Shown here: positions 19,999-27,294 of the stretch, one piece after another
How positions within the stretch are numbered: position 1 is the first letter of the stretch
Layout of the letters: every line of letters begins with the position of its first letter
Source: an uncultured Bacilli bacterium
GTDB lineage: Bacteria; Bacillota_I; Bacilli_A; RF39; UBA660
Direction: 5' to 3'
DNA length: 32,667 bases
NCBI GenBank assembly: GCA_947632735.1
Contig: CANRQG010000003.1
Location: 1 to 32,667, forward strand
The notes under the pieces: model-generated
Database searches by the model: none
Seen by the model: only the letters and a program-made list of their open reading frames with translations
What the model was told of the DNA's origin: nothing
Position numbers and translations under genes: made by a program

Positions 19999-20499
19999 AT
20001 GAGAAAAAAAAGATTTTTAATATTGGGAATATTTGTCGTTATATGGGCAGCAGTAATATTTACTATGTCTAATATGAATACACAGCAATCTAATAGTAAA
20101 AGCAAACTAGTTATATATCAGTTGTTAAGTTATAGTATAAAGGCAACTAATAAGCTTGGTATAACTAACAAACATCCTAGTGATGAAAGAATTTATCAAG
20201 TGATAAATTTATTAAATAAGCCTTTAAGAAAGTTGGCTCACGCTACTGAGTATTTTGTATTAATCATACTAGTTATTATGGCTTTACAAAGTCTAGGCAT
20301 AAGTAGGAAAAAAATTTTTTCCTTGGCAATTATTTTTTGTTTTATTTATGCTTGTAGTGATGAATATCATCAATCATTTGTAAATGGACGAACTGCACAA
20401 TTTAGCGACTCTTTAATTGATGTTTTCGGCGGATTAGTTGGATGTAGCGTTTATTTAATGACTAGCAAATTACTTTTTGGAATAAAGAAAGATAATTAA
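19999..20499 (+). CDS. VanZ-family membrane protein
   Basis: WAAVIFTMS, LRKLAHATEY and YACSDEYHQSFVNGRTAQFSDSLID. ATG at 19999 after GAGGA; extended -10 TGTTATAAT at 19969-19977. Confidence 0.9.
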   Translation: MRKKRFLILGIFVVIWAAVIFTMSNMNTQQSNSKSKLVIYQLLSYSIKATNKLGITNKHPSDERIYQVINLLNKPLRKLAHATEYFVLIILVIMALQSLGISRKKIFSLAIIFCFIYACSDEYHQSFVNGRTAQFSDSLIDVFGGLVGCSVYLMTSKLLFGIKKDN

Positions 20500-20521
20500 A
20501 ACTTATATGGATTTATATTCG

Positions 20522-20615
20522 GGTACTGGCTGATTAGCCAGTACCTATTTTTGATTACATACTGGCTGTATAGCCAGTAGTTGGTTTTGATTATATGCTA
20601 GCTACAGAGCCAGTA
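20522..20615. repeat. Three palindromic units in a 36-bp-period tandem array; the first can act as the vanZ terminator
   Basis: GGTACTGGCT-gatt-AGCCAGTACC (20522-20545), TACTGGCT-gtat-AGCCAGTA (20560-20579) and TGCTAGCT-acag-AGCCAGTA (20596-20615). Both linkers contain TTTTGATTA. Confidence 0.92.
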
Positions 20616-20939
20616 TTTCTGTATTTAAAATTACAATGTTATGGTTTGATGCTATATGTATATGAATAAAAAGTAATATTCTTTTTATAAACCAGTAAAT
20701 TTATCTGTTTATCAAAACAAAAAAATATTAAATTATTAATAGTAAAACATAGTAAGTTAAAGATTTGGCCTTAACTTTCTTTCAAAAATACCAGATATAC
20801 TGCTTATAAAAAAATTAAGAATGATATCTTGAAGAATGATGAAAAATTCTAAAATATAATTTATCATTTTTGCAAAAGTGTTATGAAATACTCTTATATT
20901 AATATTAATTATTTTTGATAGTAGACTATATGTAAAAAT

Positions 20940-20981
20940 AATAAAGTATGGAATAAAGTGTGGAATAAAGTGTGGAATAAA
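20940..20981. repeat. 12-bp tandem repeat (AATAAAGTGTGG) x ~3.5 just upstream of a promoter
   Basis: aataaagtatgg aataaagtgtgg aataaagtgtgg aataaa. Confidence 0.9.
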
Positions 20982-20982
20982 A

Positions 20983-21011
20983 TTGATAAAATTTAAACTT
21001 CATAGTATAAT
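20983..21011 (+). promoter_or_regulatory. Sigma-A promoter of the AlbA_2 remnant
   Basis: TTGATA-17 bp-TATAAT, followed by a GAAAGGAG RBS before the ATG at 21043. Confidence 0.75.
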
Positions 21012-21042
21012 GTAAATGTATTATGAAAGGAGCACTTATTTA

Positions 21043-21230
21043 ATGAATATTGGTATGGAAAATCAGGCTCTTGAATAAAAAGTAATGTGAATTAAAAGAA
21101 TGAATTGTTTCAGTAAGTTTAATACTAAACAAATACAGTGAAGGAACATTGTATTTTAGTGTCAAAATAATAGAACAGTAATCAAAGTTATGTAGTGAGG
21201 TTATTTTAAGAGATATTTCAAAATAGAAAT
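21043..21230 (+). pseudogene. Decayed N-terminal fragment of an AlbA_2 (Schlafen-like) domain gene
   Basis: MNIGMENQALE*K, then after a frameshift ELKE*IVSVSLILNKYSEGTLYFSVK...LRDISK*. This matches the AlbA_2 pattern (E..EFK...LN..GG.LYFGV) with stops and frameshifts. Confidence 0.7.
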
Positions 21231-21262
21231 GTGTATTAGAAAACAATTAAATAATTATAATT

Positions 21263-21290
21263 AAAAACACCTTAATTTTAGGTGCTTTTT
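21263..21290. terminator. Likely bidirectional terminator between convergent units
   Basis: AAAAACACCT...AGGTGCTTTTT hairpin flanked by A and T runs. Confidence 0.55.
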
Positions 21291-21346
21291 ATATTGTGCA
21301 TTAATTTGGAACAATTTTGTTTTTTAAGTCTATGCCATTTACAAGA

Positions 21347-22657
21347 TTATTTAATTAAAAACACAGCATATAATGGTATGGATTTAATTTTTGTAGTGGG
21401 ATTATAACCAAACTCTTTTGTACTTATTCGAATTGAATATTTTGGACTATACTCATTACTATAAATATTTAGACTTTTTGATTTAGTATTATCGGACGCC
21501 TTAACTTCTATTGGAATAATACCATCTTTATTATATATAAGAAAATCAACTTCAGCAGTGGCATCACTTTTCCAATAATATAAATTATGATTATTAGCCA
21601 GTAATTGATTAGCAACATAATTTTCTGCTATTACTCCTTTGTAAAGAGAAATATTATCATTTAATACATCTTCTATGCTTAAATTTAATATATTGTTAAG
21701 TATACCCACATCACTTAAATATAATTTAAATACATCTTCATCAACAAAGCCTTCCAAAGGGATTTCTGGATTTTTTACACAACGACAACAATTGACCATT
21801 CTACTAGCTTTTAACCAATCTAATGCAGTAGCAAAATCTCTAGCTCTAGCATTTTTTGATATATTAGAATACTGGAATTTTTTTGAAGCATTTGCTAATT
21901 GTGATGGTAATGAATTATAAATCCTATTTATTTTCAAAGCTTCTGCATCATTTGAAACATATTTATTCATATCATTAAAATAAGAAGATAAAATATCTTT
22001 TAAAATCAATTTATCATAATTAAAATAGTCATTAGATTTTAAAACCATATCTTTAACACTTTCAGGCATACCGCCAGTAATTAGATAAGTACGATAATAA
22101 TTTAGAGCTTTTCTATGAAGTGATTCAGAAATTGATTTATTTTTTTCATAGCAATTTCTAATAGTTTCTATAAGCATTTCTTCTTTAAAAGCAAGTAAAA
22201 ATTCTTCAAAATCCATAGGATACATATCAATCATTTTTACTTTACCTACTGGAAAAGATGCATTAGTTCTTTTTAGGCTTACTCCTAACAAAGAACCAGC
22301 ACATATTATTCTAACATTATTATGTTTTTCACAAAAATATTTTAATTCAGATATTAAATTTTCACATTGTTGAATTTCATCTATAAAAAGAATTGAATCT
22401 TTTTTGTCTAAGTCATAATTTAATAAGGCCTTTAATTGATTATATTTTTCATCTGATGTTAAACTTGAATTGTATAAATCTACTACATCAGTTCTCTCAA
22501 ATAAATTTACTATAATATGTTTTTTGAATTCAGATTTGCAAAATTCTTCTATTATATAAGTTTTTCCTGATTGCCTAACTCCTAAAACCATTAAAGGCTT
22601 AATAGAAGTCGTATTGTTTTTCCAATCTAAAAGATCATTATATATTTTTCTTTTCAT
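21347..22657 (-). CDS. AAA_14 ATPase with DUF4143 and PD-(D/E)XK-like C-terminus (ATPase 1)
   Basis: Walker A GVRQSGKT, Walker B LFIDEIQ, GGMP, KLYLSDVG, ENYV and EVDF...PIEVK. Confidence 0.92.
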   Translation of the reverse strand: MKRKIYNDLLDWKNNTTSIKPLMVLGVRQSGKTYIIEEFCKSEFKKHIIVNLFERTDVVDLYNSSLTSDEKYNQLKALLNYDLDKKDSILFIDEIQQCENLISELKYFCEKHNNVRIICAGSLLGVSLKRTNASFPVGKVKMIDMYPMDFEEFLLAFKEEMLIETIRNCYEKNKSISESLHRKALNYYRTYLITGGMPESVKDMVLKSNDYFNYDKLILKDILSSYFNDMNKYVSNDAEALKINRIYNSLPSQLANASKKFQYSNISKNARARDFATALDWLKASRMVNCCRCVKNPEIPLEGFVDEDVFKLYLSDVGILNNILNLSIEDVLNDNISLYKGVIAENYVANQLLANNHNLYYWKSDATAEVDFLIYNKDGIIPIEVKASDNTKSKSLNIYSNEYSPKYSIRISTKEFGYNPTTKIKSIPLYAVFLIK

Positions 22658-22700
22658 AATTACATCACCACATTAATGATATCATATTATATAATAATTA

Positions 22701-22853
22701 TCACGTTTTTCAAAGGAATATTTTGTAAAATTTACACGTTTTTCAAAGGAATGTTCAATGAAATCTTCACGTTTTCCGAAGGAATATTTAATTAAATCTT
22801 CACATTTTCCGAAGGAATGTTTAATAAAACTATCACGGTTTTGTAAGGATTTT
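22701..22853. repeat. Five 33-bp-period direct repeats upstream of ATPase 1, overlapping its -35 box
   Basis: CAC starts at 22702, 22735, 22768, 22801 and 22834; core TCACGTTTTYCRAAGGAAT. Minus-strand promoter TTGAAA (22713-22708)-16 bp-TATAAT (22691-22686). Confidence 0.92.
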
Positions 22854-22929
22854 TCTGTTTTTGTTGATAAAACTGTGTGTAGTTTTTATTAAATATTTAC
22901 TTAAAATTTGTTGTTTTTTTTATGTCTTG

Positions 22930-22951
22930 GTACTGGCTATATAGCCAGTAC
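22930..22951. repeat. Perfect 22-bp palindrome GTACTGGCTATATAGCCAGTAC (copy 4), followed by T6
   Basis: Read directly; identical to 25388-25409. Confidence 0.95.
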
Positions 22952-22957
22952 TTTTTT

Positions 22958-23645
22958 GTGCGAGAAAACTCCCAGATAGTCTGGGAGTTCGGTAGAGCTT
23001 TAGCGATGAGTCTTTAAAATAAAAGCTCCTTTTGCTATACTGAATTTGGTCTGTCAGTAATAAAAAAGCAAAAGGAGGTCAAACCAATGGATGACAAACA
23101 TACTTTATCACATACAACGTGGAATTGCAAATACCATATAGTATTTGCACCAAAATATAGGAGAAGAGTATTCTATAGTGAAAATAGATTAGAGATAGGA
23201 CAAATACTAAGAGAATTATGTAAATGGAAAGGTGTGAATATAGTGAATGCAGAAGTATGCCCAGACCATATACATATGTTGTTAGAAATACCACCGAAAA
23301 TAAGTGTATCAAGTTTTATGGGATTTTTGAAAGGAAAAAGTAGCCTAATGATATATGAGAGATGGGGAAATATGAAATTCAAATATAGAAATAGAGAATT
23401 TTGGTGTAGAGGATACTATGTTGATACAGTAGGAAAAAATGAACAAAAAATAAAGGAATATATAGATAAGCAATTAAGAGAAGACCATATGGCAGAACAA
23501 CTAACATTAGAAAAGTTAGACCCGTTTACGGGAAGCAAGTATTAGAAATGCAAATGACAGACCACGGAGCGCTGTAAAGCGTGCAGTTGCAGAAAGCCTT
23601 ATAGGCTTGGGAGAAAATCTACCAGCTTAGCTGGTAGATTTTTAT
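22958..23645 (+). mobile_element. IS200-group insertion sequence (tnpA only); ends approximate
   Basis: Y1 transposase flanked by subterminal hairpins AACTCCCAGA-tag-TCTGGGAGTT (22967-22989) and AAAATCTACCAGC-tta-GCTGGTAGATTTT (23614-23642). No terminal inverted repeats. Confidence 0.88.
23087..23545 (+). CDS. tnpA: IS200/IS605-family Y1 HUH transposase
   Basis: YHIVFAPKYRR, DHIHML (HUH), FLKGKSS, FWCRGYYVDTVG and IKEYIDKQ (catalytic Tyr). Confidence 0.96.
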   Translation: MDDKHTLSHTTWNCKYHIVFAPKYRRRVFYSENRLEIGQILRELCKWKGVNIVNAEVCPDHIHMLLEIPPKISVSSFMGFLKGKSSLMIYERWGNMKFKYRNREFWCRGYYVDTVGKNEQKIKEYIDKQLREDHMAEQLTLEKLDPFTGSKY

Positions 23646-23870
23646 CTGATTAATATAATAAGTTTATTAGATCGTGATGCGTTTATTTTTTGCATAAGTG
23701 TACAATATTTCTTCTGAAAAGTGTACAATCTTAGTAATAATATATTTTTATTGAAGAAAATGAATTATAATAACTTAGTAAAAAAAAAATATAAAACTAG
23801 ATTATTTAGCTAAATTAAGTTATTTTACAATTTTTTAGGAAAATATTTTCAAAAGTTATATTATTTATTT

Positions 23871-23953
23871 ACTGAACAAAAATGTTAAATAGTCAAAAAT
23901 TGTTCACTTAACTGAACGATTTTGTTGACTTTAGTAAAATTGTTCACTATAAT
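23871..23953 (+). promoter_or_regulatory. ATPase 2 promoter overlapped by two 40-bp direct repeats with TGAAC/GTTCA inverted half-sites
   Basis: ACTGAAC at 23871 and 23911; TGTTCACT at 23901 and 23941; TTGACT (23925)-17 bp-TATAAT (23948). Confidence 0.8.
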
Positions 23954-23976
23954 TTAGTTGTGAGGTGATTAGAAAC

Positions 23977-25170
23977 ATGATTGTTAGAGAAAAATATTTG
24001 AATAAGATAAGAGGCTTTTATGAATCTGATTTAATTAAAATAATAGTTGGTATTCGTAGAAGTGGTAAATCTATTATTTTAGAACAAATAATGAATGAAA
24101 TAAAACAAAAATCAAATAATATTATATATTTGAACTTTGAAGATGAACGTGTTGTTTCTAATATTTATGATGATGAAAAATTACTCAAATATGTAGAAGA
24201 AAATAGAAAAGAAGGAAAATGCTATATATTTTTAGATGAAATACAAGAAATTACCAATTGGAATCTTGCTGTCAAAACATTAAGACTTCATAATAATTCA
24301 GTTTTTATTACTGGTAGTAATTCAAAGCTTTTATCGAAAGAATATACTGATGCATTTAGTGGAAGATATGTATCTTTTAGAGTAAGGCCATTTGTCTATA
24401 AAGAAATATTAGAATATTCCGAAGAGTTAAAAAAAGAAGTTTCTATATCTGATTATTTGATATGGGGTGGTTTTCCAAAAAGATTTGAATTTAATAATAA
24501 TGACATGATAACCTATTTAACAGATTTAAATAATTCTATAATAGTTAAGGATTTAATAGTCAGATTTAAAATAAAGAATGAAGAATTATTTAAAAGAATT
24601 GTTAATTACGTATTAGTATCTAATTCTAGAGTCTTCTCTTCCAGGTCGATTGAAGCATATCTAAAAAGCAATAATATTAAAGGTTCTATTAATACGATAA
24701 TTAAATATTTAGAATATTTGGAAAAAGCATACGTTATTAATAGAATAAAACCATATTCTAGAAAATCAAAAGAAGAATTAGAATATTATTATAAAATATA
24801 TAATGAAGATGTATCCTTTAATTCATTAAGATGTTTTAATAATAGATATGATTTAAGTCATAATTTAGAAAATATAGTTTATAATGAATTAATATTTATG
24901 GACTATGATTTAAAAGTTTTAAATAATGAAAACAATGGTAAAGAAATAGATTTTATTGCTGCTAAAGATGGTAAGGAATATTATATACAAGTAGCATATA
25001 GTGTTGAAGATGAAAAAGCTTATAATAGAGAATTTAGTGCTTTTGCAAACATTGATAATAACCAGAAGAAAATATTGATAACTAATGATGAAATAGATTA
25101 CTCTACTAGTACTGTTACACACTTAAAATTAAAAGATTTTTTACTACTTGATTCTCTTGATAAGATTTAA
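23977..25170 (+). CDS. AAA_14 ATPase with DUF4143 (ATPase 2, divergent from ATPase 1)
   Basis: GIRRSGKS, IFLDEIQ, TGSNS, GGFP, ENIV and EIDF...YIQV. The ATG at 23977 after GAGGTG is preferred over the GTG at 23965. Confidence 0.92.
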   Translation: MIVREKYLNKIRGFYESDLIKIIVGIRRSGKSIILEQIMNEIKQKSNNIIYLNFEDERVVSNIYDDEKLLKYVEENRKEGKCYIFLDEIQEITNWNLAVKTLRLHNNSVFITGSNSKLLSKEYTDAFSGRYVSFRVRPFVYKEILEYSEELKKEVSISDYLIWGGFPKRFEFNNNDMITYLTDLNNSIIVKDLIVRFKIKNEELFKRIVNYVLVSNSRVFSSRSIEAYLKSNNIKGSINTIIKYLEYLEKAYVINRIKPYSRKSKEELEYYYKIYNEDVSFNSLRCFNNRYDLSHNLENIVYNELIFMDYDLKVLNNENNGKEIDFIAAKDGKEYYIQVAYSVEDEKAYNREFSAFANIDNNQKKILITNDEIDYSTSTVTHLKLKDFLLLDSLDKI

Positions 25171-25235
25171 TAAAATTATTTATACATAAATATTTATATA
25201 GATAGAAAACAAATTCATAAATACTTTTACTCACG

Positions 25236-25260
25236 AGGCGTTTACTTTAGACGCTTTTTT
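25236..25260 (+). terminator. Intrinsic terminator after ATPase 2
   Basis: AGGCGTTTA-ctt-TAGACGCTT followed by a T run. Confidence 0.7.
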
Positions 25261-25265
25261 GTTTT

Positions 25266-25414
25266 TCATTTTTCAAAGGAATATCTAATTAAAACCTCAT
25301 GTCTTTGAAGAAATATTTTATTCTAGTTGAAAAAAGCCTATAATTCTTTGTAAATAATTTACCTAAATTAGTTTTTTTTATGCTTAGGTACTGGCTATAT
25401 AGCCAGTACTTTTT
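25266..25414. repeat. Degenerate copy of the 22770-22957 module: two worn 33-bp units, AT spacer, palindrome copy 5 (25388-25409)
   Basis: TTTTTCAAAGGAATATCTAATTAAA matches the 33-bp unit. AAATAATTTACCTAAATTAGTTTTTTTTATG..GGTACTGGCTATATAGCCAGTACTTTTT parallels 22891-22957. Confidence 0.85.
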
Positions 25415-25483
25415 CCATTTTTAAACTTTAAACACCAGCATGGGCTTGTTATCTAAAAAATAACTTTAAGGAGGTAGTTTACT

Positions 25484-26158
25484 ATGGATAGTGATATGAC
25501 TATAAACGATGTTTCAGTATTTATAACTATAAAAAAAGTGACTTACTCGTTTATAAAAAGATTATTTGACATAGTTTGCTCTCTTGTGGGAATCATCTTC
25601 TTAATACCGCTATCAATAATAATTAAAATTTCTTATATTTTAATGGGTGATTTTCATTCTATTTTCTTTACGCAAAATAGAATTGGTAAAAATGGTAAAG
25701 AATTTAAATTTTTCAAGTTTAGAACTATGGTAGTTAATGCTGATGAAGTTTTATTCAAACTTTTAAAAGAAGATAAAGAAATGGCTAAGGAATATAAGAA
25801 AAATAGAAAATTAAAGAATGATCCTAGAATTACAAAATTAGGAAAAATATTAAGGAGAACATCAATTGATGAACTACCACAATTAATTAATGTTTTTCTT
25901 GGCAATATGACTATGATTGGAAATAGACCTTATTTACCAAGAGAAAAAGAAGATATGGGCAAATATTATAAAGATATCATAAAAACAAAGCCAGGAATAA
26001 CAGGATATTGGCAAGTATCAGGAAAGAAGAATGCTACATTTCAAAAAAGACTAGAACTTGAAAGTTTTTATTCCAAAAATTGTGGTTTAAAGATGGATAT
26101 CAAAATATTTTTTAAAACATTTGGAGCTGTCGTTAAAGGCCACGGAGCTGATGAGTAA
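25484..26158 (+). CDS. Priming phosphoglycosyl transferase, first gene of the right locus (paralog of 14057..14737)
   Basis: IKRLFDI, KFRTM, DPRITKLG, SIDELPQ and KPGITGYWQVSG; AAGGAGGT RBS. Confidence 0.94.
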   Translation: MDSDMTINDVSVFITIKKVTYSFIKRLFDIVCSLVGIIFLIPLSIIIKISYILMGDFHSIFFTQNRIGKNGKEFKFFKFRTMVVNADEVLFKLLKEDKEMAKEYKKNRKLKNDPRITKLGKILRRTSIDELPQLINVFLGNMTMIGNRPYLPREKEDMGKYYKDIIKTKPGITGYWQVSGKKNATFQKRLELESFYSKNCGLKMDIKIFFKTFGAVVKGHGADE

Positions 26159-26160
26159 TT

Positions 26161-27294
26161 ATGAAAATAGCAATGATAGGTCAAAAACGAATACCATCTC
26201 GTGAAGGTGGTGTTGAAATAGTAGTAGAAGAATTGGCTACGAGAATGGCCAAATTAGGATATGAAGTTACTTGCTACAATAGAAAAGGAAAAAATGTTTT
26301 GGATAAAAATGAGAAAGTTCAAAAAATAAAAGAATACAAAGGAGTAAAAATAAAAGAAGTTTTAACAATAGATAAAAAAGGGCTAGCTGCTATGACCTCC
26401 TCTTTTTTTGGAACGATAAAAATTCTTTTTTCAGATGCCAATGTTGTTCATTATCACGCTGAAGGTCCGTGTGCTATGATACCACTTATCAAATTTTTTT
26501 CTAGAAAAAAAATAATTGCAACAATACACGGATTAGATTGGCAAAGAGCTAAATGGGGAACAGGTTTTGCATCTAGATATATAAAATTCGGCGAAAAAAT
26601 GGCTGCAAAATATGCTGATGAAGTAATTGTTTTGAGTTTAAATGTTCAGAACTATTTTAAAGAAGTATATAATCGTGAGACAAAATTTATATCAAACGGA
26701 GTTAGTAAACCGAATATTTTGAAAGCAAATATAATAACACAAAAATATAATATAAAAAAAGATGATTATATTTTATTTCTAGGAAGGATTGTACCTGAAA
26801 AAGGTATTCATTACTTAATAAATGCATTCAATAATATTAAAACTAATAAAAAATTAGTTATAAGTGGAGCTGCAAGCGATACAGAATCTTATTATATGAA
26901 ATTAAAAAAGCTAGCTAATAATAATGAAAATATAATTTTTACGGGCTTTGTCAAAGGCAGAGAATTAGAAGAATTATATAGTAATGCATATTTGTATGTA
27001 TTACCAAGTGATTTGGAAGGAATGCCCCTTTCACTTCTTGAAGCAATGAGTTATGGAAATTGTTGTTTAACATCTGATATTCCAGAATGTAGCAATGTTA
27101 TAGACAATTATGGAATTACTTTTAAAAAAGGAAATGAAAAAGATTTGCAAAAGGAATTAGCAAATTTATTAGATAACAAAAAGCTTGTTGATAAATATAA
27201 AGAAAATTCAAGAGACTATATTCTTAGCAAATATAACTGGAATAAGGTTGTTGAAACTACTATCGAACTTTACAATGAGGTGACTTCTAAATGA
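26161..27294 (+). CDS. GT4 glycosyltransferase
   Basis: PSREGGVE, HGLDWQRAKW, GRIVPEKG and PSDLEGMPLSLLEAM. Confidence 0.92.
   Translation: MKIAMIGQKRIPSREGGVEIVVEELATRMAKLGYEVTCYNRKGKNVLDKNEKVQKIKEYKGVKIKEVLTIDKKGLAAMTSSFFGTIKILFSDANVVHYHAEGPCAMIPLIKFFSRKKIIATIHGLDWQRAKWGTGFASRYIKFGEKMAAKYADEVIVLSLNVQNYFKEVYNRETKFISNGVSKPNILKANIITQKYNIKKDDYILFLGRIVPEKGIHYLINAFNNIKTNKKLVISGAASDTESYYMKLKKLANNNENIIFTGFVKGRELEELYSNAYLYVLPSDLEGMPLSLLEAMSYGNCCLTSDIPECSNVIDNYGITFKKGNEKDLQKELANLLDNKKLVDKYKENSRDYILSKYNWNKVVETTIELYNEVTSK

Noticed and set aside
19999-20499. vanZ as evidence of a glycopeptide resistance cluster
   Set aside because: No vanHAX or vanRS; VanZ-family genes commonly lie beside polysaccharide loci.
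20522-20631. 36-bp hairpin array as a CRISPR array
   Set aside because: The unit is only 36 bp in total, the ~16-bp linkers resemble each other, there are three copies, and no cas genes are present.
20660-20855. Possible decayed HTH gene (fragments VKDLALTF and RYTAYKKIKND)
   Set aside because: Too fragmentary to call by eye; needs a frameshift-aware profile search.
20957-20981. TGTGGAATAA repeats as DnaA boxes
   Set aside because: They have an extra A relative to TGTGGATAA, are part of a 12-bp tandem repeat abutting a promoter, and no dnaA is nearby.
22701-22853. 33-bp array as a CRISPR array
   Set aside because: Variable parts are only ~14 bp and mutually similar, so this is a tandem repeat rather than a repeat-spacer array.
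23780-23789. A10 tract as a phase-variable element
   Set aside because: Intergenic, not inside a recognisable promoter spacer, and long A/T runs are common in this AT-rich sequence.
15175-25414. Prophage or ICE call for the core
   Set aside because: No structural, replication, relaxase or T4SS genes, and no clear attL/attR pair enclosing the recombinases.
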